Source of the DNA: Candidatus Lustribacter sp.
GTDB lineage: Bacteria > Vulcanimicrobiota > Vulcanimicrobiia > Vulcanimicrobiales > Vulcanimicrobiaceae
Direction of reading: 5' to 3'
Length of the DNA: 64,000 bases
Assembly (NCBI GenBank): GCA_965277805.1
Contig: OZ255842.1
Span: forward strand, 2,656,001 to 2,720,000
The position numbers and the translations under genes are program-made. Below the pieces are notes generated by a model, which was given only the letters and a program-made list of their open reading frames with translations, had not been told where the DNA came from and ran no database searches. Below are positions 19,094 through 28,210 of the stretch, piece by piece (within the stretch, counting starts at the first letter, position 1; each line of letters opens with the position of its first letter).

Positions 19094-21019
19094 TTACGTT
19101 TTAAAGCGCTGGTAAAACTGGATTTGGGGACCGTGGAAAGCAGGCGAGAGTCCACCCGGTATCGTCGGCAATCCTGAGACAGAGTATAGACGCCACTGCA
19201 AGCCGTAACCGGTCGTGCCGTTGGGTCGCAACTCGAGGCCCGCAAACACGAGATCTTCGGCGAGCTGCGCGTTGTTCGGGCCCGAGGTATCGAACTGGCC
19301 GTTGAGGCCGAAGCGGCCGACGCCCGCGGCGCCGTACACCTTGGGGCCGAAGTTACGCGCGAAGGTCAGCACGCCGGCGGGATAGTTCACGTTGACGTTG
19401 TCTTGCGGCTGACCGGCGGGAGCTTGACGCCACGTGTTCACCTGACCGAGATCGAGCGTGATGTCGGCGAAGCTCGCGTGGTAGTTGAACCAGCCTTCCC
19501 AATGCTGTTCGTATCCGGTCGTGCCCGGATTGGTCGTCTGCACGAGGAAGTACGGCTCGATGAAACCGGGCTGAAATGCATTGCCCGGATTGAGCGCGCT
19601 GATTTGCGAATACTGCGCGAACGCTAAGCGCACTTCAACGCCGGCAACGATGAACGTCGTGTTGATCTTTCCGCCCTGACGGTTCGGTCCCACTTGCGAA
19701 TTATCGACGAGCTGATAGTCGCCGCGCAAGAACGTGCCGGGCCACGCGGCCGGATACGACCAGACGTTTTCGAGCGTGCCGTAATCGAGAACCGCCGGCG
19801 CGTAGGTGGGCTCGAAGCGCACGCCTTCGACTTGAACGTCGAAGTGCGTGAACCCGTGATGCACCTTCGCGTAGTAGTAGTTGCCGTTGGTGCAACCCGG
19901 CGTCGGATTGACGACGCCGACGGCGCTGTAGCACGAGTAGCCGTAACGCAGTTCGCCGTCGCTCGCGGCCGGCAGATTGAACGTCGCGCCGACGCCGGCG
20001 ACGAACATCTTCTGCCCGAGCACGGTCGATTGTCCGACGCCGTTCGTCACCGTCGGCAGGGTGCCGAAGAGAACGTTACCCGTGTCCGGACCGCTCGTAT
20101 TGAGGCCGGTGAGTTGCATGGAATAGCGCAGGCCGGCGCCGTGATCTTGAATCAGCGAAGCGCTGAGAATACGCGCCGGCGCGTTGTACGGCGCGGGCAG
20201 ATCGGCGCTCGTGACTTCGAGCGTGTTGATGTCGTCCTTCACCCAAAAGTCGGCGCCCGAAAGCGGAAGAATCGTCGGGCCTTCTTTGAGCACATCGTTC
20301 GTCGGCGGACCGTTGCCGATCGATTGCGGCAACTGCGGCGCGAGTTGGAACGGCGTGTTGGTCCACGGCGCCTGACTCAACGCCCACGGCACGCTCTGAT
20401 GCAAATTGAACCAGCCGACGGTGAGTGCTCCGCGGCCCGTGTGATCGGCAATCGAGCCCGAGAGAAAACCGAGCTTCGTCGCGCTGATCGGATCTTGTCC
20501 GTTGTGCGTCGGGAATGCGGGCTTGAGCGTGTACGCGCGGCTGCCGACGTTGGCGTTGATCGAGGGCATGATCGCATCGCCCCAATAGTTGACGACGTTG
20601 CCCGTGCCGGATGCCGAACCGTAGCCGATCGTCGTCGTGACGTCGACGCTCGGCGTAATCGCATAAACCGGCTTCAGCAAGAAGTCCTGACTGATGCCCT
20701 CGCCGGTAACCAGCGGACCGCCCGAAAACAAGTCGTAAGGCGTGCCCGGCGCGGGAACGCCGCCGGCGGTGAAGGCCGGGCCCTCGGCCGGGGTCGTTCC
20801 CGGGCCGGTGAGCTGCTGGTTGGTGCCGGACGTGTACGTCTCGATCTTCAAACTGAATCTCGAGGGGGGCTTCGCCGTCGGGGCGGGACTCGGTACGGAC
20901 TGCGCGACCACGGCGGGGTCCGCGGCGGGCGCATTTTGCGCCCCGGCGGGTCGCTCGAGGCCGGCAATCCCAACGAGAATGGAAGCCGCAACTACGAGCG
21001 GCAAGGCTTGCTGACGCAC
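19094..21019 (-). CDS. Secreted protein of unknown family, probable outer-membrane beta-barrel; start approximate
   Basis: Signal peptide, Gly/aromatic-rich alternating strands, C-terminus QIQFYQRFKT. Confidence 0.7.
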   Translation of the reverse strand: MRQQALPLVVAASILVGIAGLERPAGAQNAPAADPAVVAQSVPSPAPTAKPPSRFSLKIETYTSGTNQQLTGPGTTPAEGPAFTAGGVPAPGTPYDLFSGGPLVTGEGISQDFLLKPVYAITPSVDVTTTIGYGSASGTGNVVNYWGDAIMPSINANVGSRAYTLKPAFPTHNGQDPISATKLGFLSGSIADHTGRGALTVGWFNLHQSVPWALSQAPWTNTPFQLAPQLPQSIGNGPPTNDVLKEGPTILPLSGADFWVKDDINTLEVTSADLPAPYNAPARILSASLIQDHGAGLRYSMQLTGLNTSGPDTGNVLFGTLPTVTNGVGQSTVLGQKMFVAGVGATFNLPAASDGELRYGYSCYSAVGVVNPTPGCTNGNYYYAKVHHGFTHFDVQVEGVRFEPTYAPAVLDYGTLENVWSYPAAWPGTFLRGDYQLVDNSQVGPNRQGGKINTTFIVAGVEVRLAFAQYSQISALNPGNAFQPGFIEPYFLVQTTNPGTTGYEQHWEGWFNYHASFADITLDLGQVNTWRQAPAGQPQDNVNVNYPAGVLTFARNFGPKVYGAAGVGRFGLNGQFDTSGPNNAQLAEDLVFAGLELRPNGTTGYGLQWRLYSVSGLPTIPGGLSPAFHGPQIQFYQRFKT

Positions 21020-21080
21020 GCCTCCGACTTCTCTTGCGGTCGGCGTTCTCCCACCTCGAAGAGAGGAGGGGGCGGACAGC

Positions 21081-21408
21081 TGGGATGACCGAGGCTCGAA
21101 CTCGGATGCCCTCGCGGGCGGCAGATTTTCGTACCACTTCGGCTTCCGCCGCCCGGCCTTCACGATGGAGTGCCGGTTCGTGGTCTGGACTGTGCCTTGA
21201 CCGTGGGGGTCCGCCTGAGTGGACTCCGATAGGCCGCGCCCGTCCAGTCTCTACACCTTCCGCCGGCAGGTAACCGGCGGCTTGGCTCGGCGTTGTCAGG
21301 GCACTGTGTGCCTCAGAGTTCACCGAATTTGAGCGCATCCCGGCCGGCGTTTCCGTTCGGCCGGCTCACGTGTAAGTCTGCTGTGTCTGCCTATTCCACC
21401 ATCATCCC
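21081..21408 (-). tRNA. trnL-UAA: tRNA-Leu(UAA) in two exons (21408-21374 and 21129-21081); CCA not encoded
   Basis: Joined exons give acceptor stem GGGATGA/TCATCCC+A, anticodon stem GCAGA/TCTGC with loop CTTAAAA, a long variable arm and T-arm CCGAG-TTCGAGC-CTCGG. Confidence 0.93.
21130..21373 (-). ncRNA. Group I self-splicing intron (IC3-like), 244 nt, no ORF
   Basis: P1 with IGS GAG, GGATGCGCTCAAATTCGGTGAA, AACGCCGAGCCAAGCC, GGAAGGTGTAGAGACTGGACGG, AAGGCACAGTCCA, terminal omega-G. Confidence 0.93.
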
Positions 21409-21503
21409 GGATGCCGTTACGGGGCCTCTTCGACGGTCGCAACGAGGGCCTCCCCCGGCGAAAGCTTGTTTGGCATCATCGCATGCACGATAATGAAAAG
21501 TGA

Positions 21504-24053
21504 ATGTCCCTCCCCCGTGAACGCCTGACGGCGCTGCTCGCGGATTCGGCGCTGACCAGCGTCGAGCTCGTGATCGCGCCGCCCGGGTACGGCAAAACGA
21601 CGATTCTGCGCGACTACGCCGGAGACGATTCCGGCGCGGTCTTCGTGGCGCTCCCGGAAGCCGCGGATCTCGAAGCCTTCGTGCGTTCCGTGATCGCGGC
21701 TGCAGTGCCGGAGGCTCTGCATTCCGTGGGCGCGGTCTTTGATGGATCGAGCGACGAGAATCTCGATGCGCGGGCCGGCGACTGGCTCGTCTCTCGCCTG
21801 CGAGCGTTTGACGGAACGCTGATTATCGACGATTTCCATCGAACCGCGAGCGACGTTCGCGTAGCACAGGTTCTCGTGAACGCAATCGCCGCAACGCACG
21901 GTCGTATGCGCTGGGTCGTTGCATCGCGCGAGGCACCACGCTTCCCAATGGGGTCGTGGATCGCTCGCGGCTGGATGGGCTTGCCTCTTACCAGCGACGA
22001 TCTCCGGTTCACTCTCGATGAAGCACGAGAGTTGGCCGACATCCTCAACATCGCGATTTCGGAGCACGACCTCGAGGCGATCGTCGAAGACACGCTTGGG
22101 TGGCCGATCGGTGTCCGGCTCGCGCTGAGCCTGGTTGCGCGCAAACGCGCTCTCGGCCAGACGCGCGTGCAAACGCGCGAAGCGCTCTTCGCCCTGCTTG
22201 GTGACGAAGTCTGGGAACCACTCGAACCCGAACTGCGCGAGATCATCTCGTCGGCGGCACTGATGGCCGCGCCGACCATTACAACCCTCACGGCCGCTGG
22301 TTTCTCAGACGCGCGCAACGCCATCCCGCGAATCTTTTCGCGCGTGCCGTTTATCCAACCCATCGACGACGACTCTTTTGCAATACACGATCTCTTCCGC
22401 GAGTTCGTGACGGCCCAGACTCCTCGTCCCGCCGCTGAACGAACGGCCGTCGTGACGCGTATGGGTACAGCCCTTGTGTCCGGCGGAAATCCGGCCGATG
22501 GATTACGGCTGCTCATAGCCGCCGCCGATGTCGCCGGCGTGCGCGACGCACTTGCCGATCACGCCTTCAACCTGGTGGAAACCGGGCAGCGCACGATCGT
22601 GCAAACCGCGATCACGTTTCTCGGCGAGAATGAACTCGACGACGATGGCGTCGTGCTGGCGATTCGAGCGGCATTTGCCAACTCGGACGGGAGCGGAGTC
22701 AACGCGGCGAACCTTTACGTGCGCGCGTTGGCGCACAATCTTCCGTCAGAAATGCGATGCGAAGTAACGCATCGTCTCGCGATGAGCTATCTGTCGCGCA
22801 GTGATGTTCAGGCAGCCCTGAAGCTGCTTTTACCGGCCGCCGAAGACCCGACGTTTTCCGCCGACGAACATCTCGTCATGCGAGCCCTCTGCACGCTCGT
22901 TCGGGCGATGAACGGCGAAACCGCGACCATCCGCGAGTCGATCGATCACGTCGACCAAGCATTGACGTCGGTTGCCGCGGTAACGCAAGCACGGATCCTG
23001 CAACGGCTCGCAGTCGCAGCGTTCTATATCGGCGACTTCGAGGTCTCCGAACGCCTCGCGCATCGCGGCGCACTGCTCGCCGTCGACCTCTCGATGGACA
23101 CGCTCGCGGCGCTCTGCTACGGCACCCTCTACAGCATTGCTTCCAGCATCGACGGCAATACGCGGCGTGCGCGCGAATTCTTACGCGACCAGGCTGCCGC
23201 CGCCGAGCGCGCGGCTAATACCGCGCTGCGGGTGTTTGCGTTGCGCGCCGAGTTTGTGCTCGCCGCAGTGAATGCCGAAACGGAGCGGGCGCGCTCCCTC
23301 GATGCGACCCTCTCCAAACTCGTCGACGCTCGCACGTATCGGGATTCGTTTGCAATGCGAACGAGCCGCGCCCTACTTTACGTCGCAAGCGGTGACCTTA
23401 AAAAGGCGGAAGCGCCCCTGACGGCGCCGGCCTCCGACCTCTCCCCCGCCGAAGCGGCTTTCCGGGACGCCCTGCTCATTCTGCTGATGCTTGCCCGCGG
23501 CGAGCGTGCGGGCGCGGCGCTGGGGCTCGAACGCGCGCTGCTCATGGAAGCGTCGCTCGACAACTACAGCCGCACGCGGATCAGCTGCGCCTATGCCTTT
23601 CGCGCGGTCGCCTTTTGGATGCTCGACCGGCCCGTTCAAGCACGTCGCTCGTTCGGTTTCGACGCCACCGAGCTTCCGCAACACTATCGCATCCTCGTCG
23701 AAGCGCTGCGTACCCTGACCGAGTTCCGCCATCCGCTGCCCGACCGGAGCGCGGCCGCCGCTCTTTGCAACGATCTTGAAGAGGCGGACTTCGGCGCCTA
23801 TGCTGCCCTCGTGCGCCGCCTCGTCGAGCGCGATGCCAACGAAGTGGCACTGAGCTCAACGGAAATCGAGACACTTCGCGTCTTCGACCGGTACGGTGGG
23901 CGCGCGGTCGACGTCGCAAAGGCCTTGGGCAAGTCCCGTTATACGGTCCAGAACCAGATCCAGAGCGCAATCAAGAAGATCGGCTGCTCCGGCCGCGCCG
24001 AGGCGCTGGCGTATGCCCGGCAGCGCGGGTGGCTCGACCCGACCAATAGCTAA
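21504..24053 (+). CDS. MalT/LAL-like STAND ATPase regulator with helical repeats and C-terminal LuxR-type HTH
   Basis: APPGYGKTT, LIIDDFH, DLRFT..EA, TLGWP, HDLFRE, C-terminal TVQNQIQSAIKKIG. Confidence 0.88.
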   Translation: MSLPRERLTALLADSALTSVELVIAPPGYGKTTILRDYAGDDSGAVFVALPEAADLEAFVRSVIAAAVPEALHSVGAVFDGSSDENLDARAGDWLVSRLRAFDGTLIIDDFHRTASDVRVAQVLVNAIAATHGRMRWVVASREAPRFPMGSWIARGWMGLPLTSDDLRFTLDEARELADILNIAISEHDLEAIVEDTLGWPIGVRLALSLVARKRALGQTRVQTREALFALLGDEVWEPLEPELREIISSAALMAAPTITTLTAAGFSDARNAIPRIFSRVPFIQPIDDDSFAIHDLFREFVTAQTPRPAAERTAVVTRMGTALVSGGNPADGLRLLIAAADVAGVRDALADHAFNLVETGQRTIVQTAITFLGENELDDDGVVLAIRAAFANSDGSGVNAANLYVRALAHNLPSEMRCEVTHRLAMSYLSRSDVQAALKLLLPAAEDPTFSADEHLVMRALCTLVRAMNGETATIRESIDHVDQALTSVAAVTQARILQRLAVAAFYIGDFEVSERLAHRGALLAVDLSMDTLAALCYGTLYSIASSIDGNTRRAREFLRDQAAAAERAANTALRVFALRAEFVLAAVNAETERARSLDATLSKLVDARTYRDSFAMRTSRALLYVASGDLKKAEAPLTAPASDLSPAEAAFRDALLILLMLARGERAGAALGLERALLMEASLDNYSRTRISCAYAFRAVAFWMLDRPVQARRSFGFDATELPQHYRILVEALRTLTEFRHPLPDRSAAAALCNDLEEADFGAYAALVRRLVERDANEVALSSTEIETLRVFDRYGGRAVDVAKALGKSRYTVQNQIQSAIKKIGCSGRAEALAYARQRGWLDPTNS

Positions 24054-24129
24054 ATCTAATCATTCCGGATAGCTGACCGCCACGGTACGATCCTTTCAAG
24101 CTTCACTCGAATCTTGGAAGGTTTGTAAA

Positions 24130-24228
24130 ATGCACGAGATCGCCACCGTCATTGCTGCCGCTGCGGCGCACGTTGCTCAACTCCTAGCCTTCATCAGCCC
24201 CACCGACATCATCCCGCCGCCGTTGTAA
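24130..24228 (+). CDS. 32-aa small peptide MHEIATVIAAAAAHVAQLLAFISPTDIIPPPL
   Basis: GGAAGG RBS, ATG, TAA; fills the gap between the regulator and the HD-GYP gene; below the ORF-track cutoff. Confidence 0.6.
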   Translation: MHEIATVIAAAAAHVAQLLAFISPTDIIPPPL

Positions 24229-24256
24229 ATCCGGAACCGAAACGACGTATACGCCG

Positions 24257-25210
24257 ATGATAGCACTGTCTGATCACCGGCACGATGCGCGACGTAGCCT
24301 GGCCGAAAAGGTCATCGCCCGACTTCCTGAATCCGTTTTCGGAAACACGGAATGGGTGACGATGACTGCGCGTACGGGTGCAGAGCATCTCCGTGCCGCC
24401 ATCGCATCCAATCGACCTCATCGCATCGCCAACGCCGTCCGGTCCATGGCGCACGCGCCGAGCCTTGACGCCGTTCAGACTCTCGCGGATACCATTTGCG
24501 ATACCGTCGCATCCGACGGCTACTCAGCCCGCAGCGCGGAAACGGTCGCCCAGGTGACCGACGCACGAGCGGTCATAGCCTCGGTGATGGTTGAATTGCG
24601 CGACAGCGCGCCGCAGACGTCACCCGACGCCGTGCTGCTGCGCCAGTGCGTGAATGGCTACGTCCAACTAGCGGCCATGAACGACCCAGCTCTGGCCCAG
24701 CGTCTCGAGGCCGTGGGAACCTTTTCCGAGCGCCTCGCGCGATCGATGAAAGTCCCAGCGGCAACGGTGTTCGACGCCTACGTCGCCGGCAGTCTTCACG
24801 ATATCGGCATGCTGGAAATTCCGCTCGCCGTCCGTCACAAGGCCGTCGGTCTCACAAAACGGGACGAAGAACGCTTCAAGCGCCACGCGCAGGCCGGCGA
24901 ATCGTTCCTGCTCGGAATCCCATCGTTGGCTCGTTTGGCCCCGCTCGTCCGCGCTCATCACGAACGCTACGACGGACTCGGATACCCCGACGGCTTGCGC
25001 GGCGACGAGATTCCACTTGCTTCACGGATTATCGCCGTCGCGGCGGCATTCGTCGACCTGGTGACATCAACGACGCGGTTCGAGGCATTGCTCCCACACG
25101 ACGCATGTCGCGAATTAATCGGGGCGGCCGGGGCCCAATTCGATCCGGATGTCGTCTACGCAACCCTCCAATTACTTCACTATCGACGCCGGACAAACCG
25201 ATCGGCCTAA
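24257..25210 (+). CDS. HD-GYP domain protein
   Basis: LHDIG, HHERYDGLGYPDGL, IPLASRII, QFDP. Confidence 0.88.
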   Translation: MIALSDHRHDARRSLAEKVIARLPESVFGNTEWVTMTARTGAEHLRAAIASNRPHRIANAVRSMAHAPSLDAVQTLADTICDTVASDGYSARSAETVAQVTDARAVIASVMVELRDSAPQTSPDAVLLRQCVNGYVQLAAMNDPALAQRLEAVGTFSERLARSMKVPAATVFDAYVAGSLHDIGMLEIPLAVRHKAVGLTKRDEERFKRHAQAGESFLLGIPSLARLAPLVRAHHERYDGLGYPDGLRGDEIPLASRIIAVAAAFVDLVTSTTRFEALLPHDACRELIGAAGAQFDPDVVYATLQLLHYRRRTNRSA

Positions 25211-25218
25211 CATCTCGT

Positions 25219-25899
25219 ATGCCACTTAACGAAACCCTGCGGATCCGCGAAGCCGGCATGCGTGCCGGCTCTGCGGTCATTCGTCAGGCACCCCAAATCC
25301 TCGCACAAGTCCAAGAATGGATCCCGAGCGAAGAACGCGAGCAAGTCGACGTCTTGATTCGCGTCATGGCCGGTTTCGATCGGGATACTGCCGAGCATCT
25401 CGAAGCAGTCGGGACGATGTCGATGCTGCTCGCACATCGTGTGGGGATGGAGCCTGAAACGATCGGGGCGTGCCTCTTAGGCGGACGCGTTCACGATATC
25501 GGGAAGTTGGCAATCTCCCGCAGTACCTTGCTCAAACCGGGCCGGCCGTCAGAAGCGGAATGGCTCGAGCTGAAGATGCATCCGACCTATGGCGGAAGCA
25601 CGCTGACCGGATTACCGCGTCTCAAGCATCTCGCGCCCATTGTGATCGCGCATCACGAACGCGTTGACGGCCAGGGCTACCCGTACGGCCTCACGCAGCC
25701 TGAAATCCCGATCGAGAGCCAGGTTATTGCGATCGCGGATGCGTTCTGCGCGATGACCGTCCCACGTCCGTACTGCTCGACGCGGCTGCCGAAAGAGGCG
25801 CTGCAAGAACTCGAGCGTTGCGCGGGCACGCAGTTCAACGCCGATTTGGTTATTGTTTTTGCCGACATGTTCCGCGATAACGGCCTTGTAGCCGTCTAG
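25219..25899 (+). CDS. HD-GYP domain phosphodiesterase
   Basis: TAEH, VHDIGK, HHERVDGQGYP, IADAF. Confidence 0.88.
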   Translation: MPLNETLRIREAGMRAGSAVIRQAPQILAQVQEWIPSEEREQVDVLIRVMAGFDRDTAEHLEAVGTMSMLLAHRVGMEPETIGACLLGGRVHDIGKLAISRSTLLKPGRPSEAEWLELKMHPTYGGSTLTGLPRLKHLAPIVIAHHERVDGQGYPYGLTQPEIPIESQVIAIADAFCAMTVPRPYCSTRLPKEALQELERCAGTQFNADLVIVFADMFRDNGLVAV

Positions 25900-25916
25900 C
25901 GAAACGTTAGGGCATT

Positions 25917-25991
25917 AACGTCCGGTCGGGTGTGGGTCCGATCGCGCCGGACGTTCCAGGAGAACCCCGAGTGTTCATCACCCGGGGTTCT
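25917..25991. terminator. Two hairpins between convergent genes
   Basis: AACGTCCGG/CCGGACGTT and AGAACCCCG/CGGGGTTCT. Confidence 0.5.
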
Positions 25992-25996
25992 TCATG

Positions 25997-26932
25997 TCAT
26001 GCGCTCGTTGCGCGCACGCCGTATGCCTCCGACGCGAGGTAGCCGGCGAGTAGGTCGTCGACGCTGACGAGGACGTCCGGGACGGTGAGGATACGGCAAG
26101 CTTCATCGATGATCGCGATGCCGGCGGGTAAAATGTCGGCGCGTTGCGGGCGGATGAACGGGAGCGCCTTACGTTCGTCGAGATCGCGCGCGAGGAGTTC
26201 GTCAAGCAGATCGGCACGTTGCGCGGGGTTCATCGTGACGCCGTCGCGCAGCGGCGCCTTCGCGACCATCGCGGCGGCGGTGAAAGCCGAACCGCCGACG
26301 ACGATCAGTCGCGTCGGGCGCGGCGCCGACGCGAACGGCTCGAGGATCGCCGCTGCATCGGCGCGCGATGCGGCGAGTACCTCCGCGCGTTCTTCCGGTG
26401 AGAGCGCTCGCGAGCCGAGCAACAGCGGATGCCGTTCCGCCAATCGCACTGCGCCGACCTCGACCGAGCATGTATACGCGACGGATCCGCGCACTTGCGC
26501 CGTCGCCGGCACATCGATCGCGAGTTCGGTGCTGCCGCCGCCGACATCCAAAACCGCAACGGCTTCATCGCCGCCCCCCGCTTGCGTTGCGCCGAGAAAC
26601 GAATACGTTGCTTCTTCATCACCCGAAAGAATGTGCGGCTCGACGCCGGTCAGCGCCTTGACCGCTGCGGTGAAGTCGGCGCCGTCGGCGGCGCGGCGCA
26701 TCGCGCTAGTGGCGATGCACGCGATCGCTGCTTCGTGCTCGCGCACGCCGTTCATATAATCGGCTATTGCCGCGAGCGTTCGTTCGCGCGCGTCGGGATC
26801 GAGCCGCCCGGTATGCTGCAGTCCCGTTCCAAGTCGCGTTCCGCGCGACTCCACCGCCAGCGTCTCTGCCTCGTTGAGTACGAGCAGCCGGGTGGAGTTG
26901 GTGCCGATCGAAATCAGCGCTTTCGGACGAAT
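25997..26932 (-). CDS. ppx: Ppx/GppA-family exopolyphosphatase; start uncertain
   Basis: IGTNSTRLL, ATSAMRRA, LSGDEEA, DVGGGSTE, RADILPAG. Confidence 0.88.
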   Translation of the reverse strand: MRPKALISIGTNSTRLLVLNEAETLAVESRGTRLGTGLQHTGRLDPDARERTLAAIADYMNGVREHEAAIACIATSAMRRAADGADFTAAVKALTGVEPHILSGDEEATYSFLGATQAGGGDEAVAVLDVGGGSTELAIDVPATAQVRGSVAYTCSVEVGAVRLAERHPLLLGSRALSPEERAEVLAASRADAAAILEPFASAPRPTRLIVVGGSAFTAAAMVAKAPLRDGVTMNPAQRADLLDELLARDLDERKALPFIRPQRADILPAGIAIIDEACRILTVPDVLVSVDDLLAGYLASEAYGVRATSA

Positions 26933-26933
26933 C

Positions 26934-27806
26934 CTAGTAGCGCTTTGCTTCGGTCGCCTCGCGGGTCTTGCCGATCGTTTCGAGCGAACGGTCGTGAGCG
27001 CGGAGTGCGATCCCAACATACAGAGTATCGATGATGGTCAACTGCGCGATGCGGCTCGAGCTCGCGCTGCTGCGAAACGCGGTCTGCTTGGCGGCCGTGT
27101 ACAGGCGGATATCCGAGACCTTGGTGATCGGCGAGGTCGAGCGGTGCGTGATGCAGATCGTCGTCGCGCCGTTCCCCTTCGCGCGTTCGAGCGCGTCGGT
27201 GACGTCGCGGCTCGCACCGGTGTGCGAGATGCCGAGCGCAACGTCGCCTTTGCCGAGCAGCGCTGATGACATCGCCATCATGTCGCCGTCGGAGAGTGCG
27301 ACCGCCACCATGCCGAGTTTGAGGAACTTGTGATACGCATCGATCGCGAGCGGGTCGCTGCCGCCGACGCCGTAGATGTCGACGCGACGCGCCGTCGCCA
27401 ACGCGGCGACCGCGCGTTCGAGATCGGAATCGTCGAGCACCTCGATCGTGTCGCGCAACGCTTGCGCGTTTGCTTGAAACACTTTGTTCTTGATCGTGGT
27501 CAGATCGTCGCCCGATTCGACTTCCGCATAGATGTCCGACGTCGGCTCGACCAAATCACGGGCGAGCACGATCTTAAATTCTTGATAACCTTTGTACCCG
27601 ATCTTCTGGCACAGCCGCACAACGGTCGATTCGCTCGTGTTGGTACGCTCCGCCAGCTCGGTTACCGTGAGGTAAATCAATTCGTCAGGGTGCTTTAGGA
27701 TGAAATCGGCTACCCTCTGCTCTGCGGCACGAAGGGTTGCGTAGGCACCTTCGATTCTAACAAAGCACCCGGGGACTTTAACGGCGTCAACGCGCGAGGT
27801 AGTCAT
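26934..27806 (-). CDS. MurR/RpiR-family regulator (HTH + SIS)
   Basis: SESTVVRLCQKIGYKGYQEFK, YGVGGS, ISHTG, SSRIAQL. Confidence 0.93.
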   Translation of the reverse strand: MTTSRVDAVKVPGCFVRIEGAYATLRAAEQRVADFILKHPDELIYLTVTELAERTNTSESTVVRLCQKIGYKGYQEFKIVLARDLVEPTSDIYAEVESGDDLTTIKNKVFQANAQALRDTIEVLDDSDLERAVAALATARRVDIYGVGGSDPLAIDAYHKFLKLGMVAVALSDGDMMAMSSALLGKGDVALGISHTGASRDVTDALERAKGNGATTICITHRSTSPITKVSDIRLYTAAKQTAFRSSASSSRIAQLTIIDTLYVGIALRAHDRSLETIGKTREATEAKRY

Positions 27807-27823
27807 CCCGCCTCACGTTCGCT

Positions 27824-28210
27824 CTATGGCGCCGAGTCGCCTCGAAATTGCTTTGCCCGCGTGCGTTTCCGGAACAAATGGCGCTCGGCGGGGGGCGGCG
27901 CGTCGGCCGGCGCCCACGATTCCGTCTGCTTCAAATATGCCGCGATTTGAGCCTCAAAAGTCGGGTCCTCGACAACAGTCGTAGTCGATGTCGGGACAAT
28001 TGGCTCATCAACCCGCGTCGTCGCTAGCCGAACGGAGCGACCATCGAGGTCGAACGGCAACGTTGTCTTTGTACCGAGTGCGCGCGTGTAGCTTGCGCGA
28101 TTTTTGTTCACGTCCACGAGTGGTACGGAGACGAGCCGCCCGTCTTCCAGCCGCACCGCTGCGCCGAGGGCGTGGACGTTAATCACACTTCCGCGGACGC
28201 GCTCGCTCAC
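27824..28210 (-). CDS. Hypothetical protein with S1/OB-like N-terminus
   Basis: VRGSVINVHALGAAVRLEDG; follows the divIC-like gene; FEAQIAAYLKQTE helix. Confidence 0.6.
   Translation of the reverse strand: MSERVRGSVINVHALGAAVRLEDGRLVSVPLVDVNKNRASYTRALGTKTTLPFDLDGRSVRLATTRVDEPIVPTSTTTVVEDPTFEAQIAAYLKQTESWAPADAPPPAERHLFRKRTRAKQFRGDSAP

Noticed and set aside
20076-21338. ORFs spanning 21.0-21.4 kb, including the long N-terminal extension of the 19094 ORF
   Set aside because: They overlap the tRNA-Leu exons and the group I intron; none resembles a homing endonuclease.
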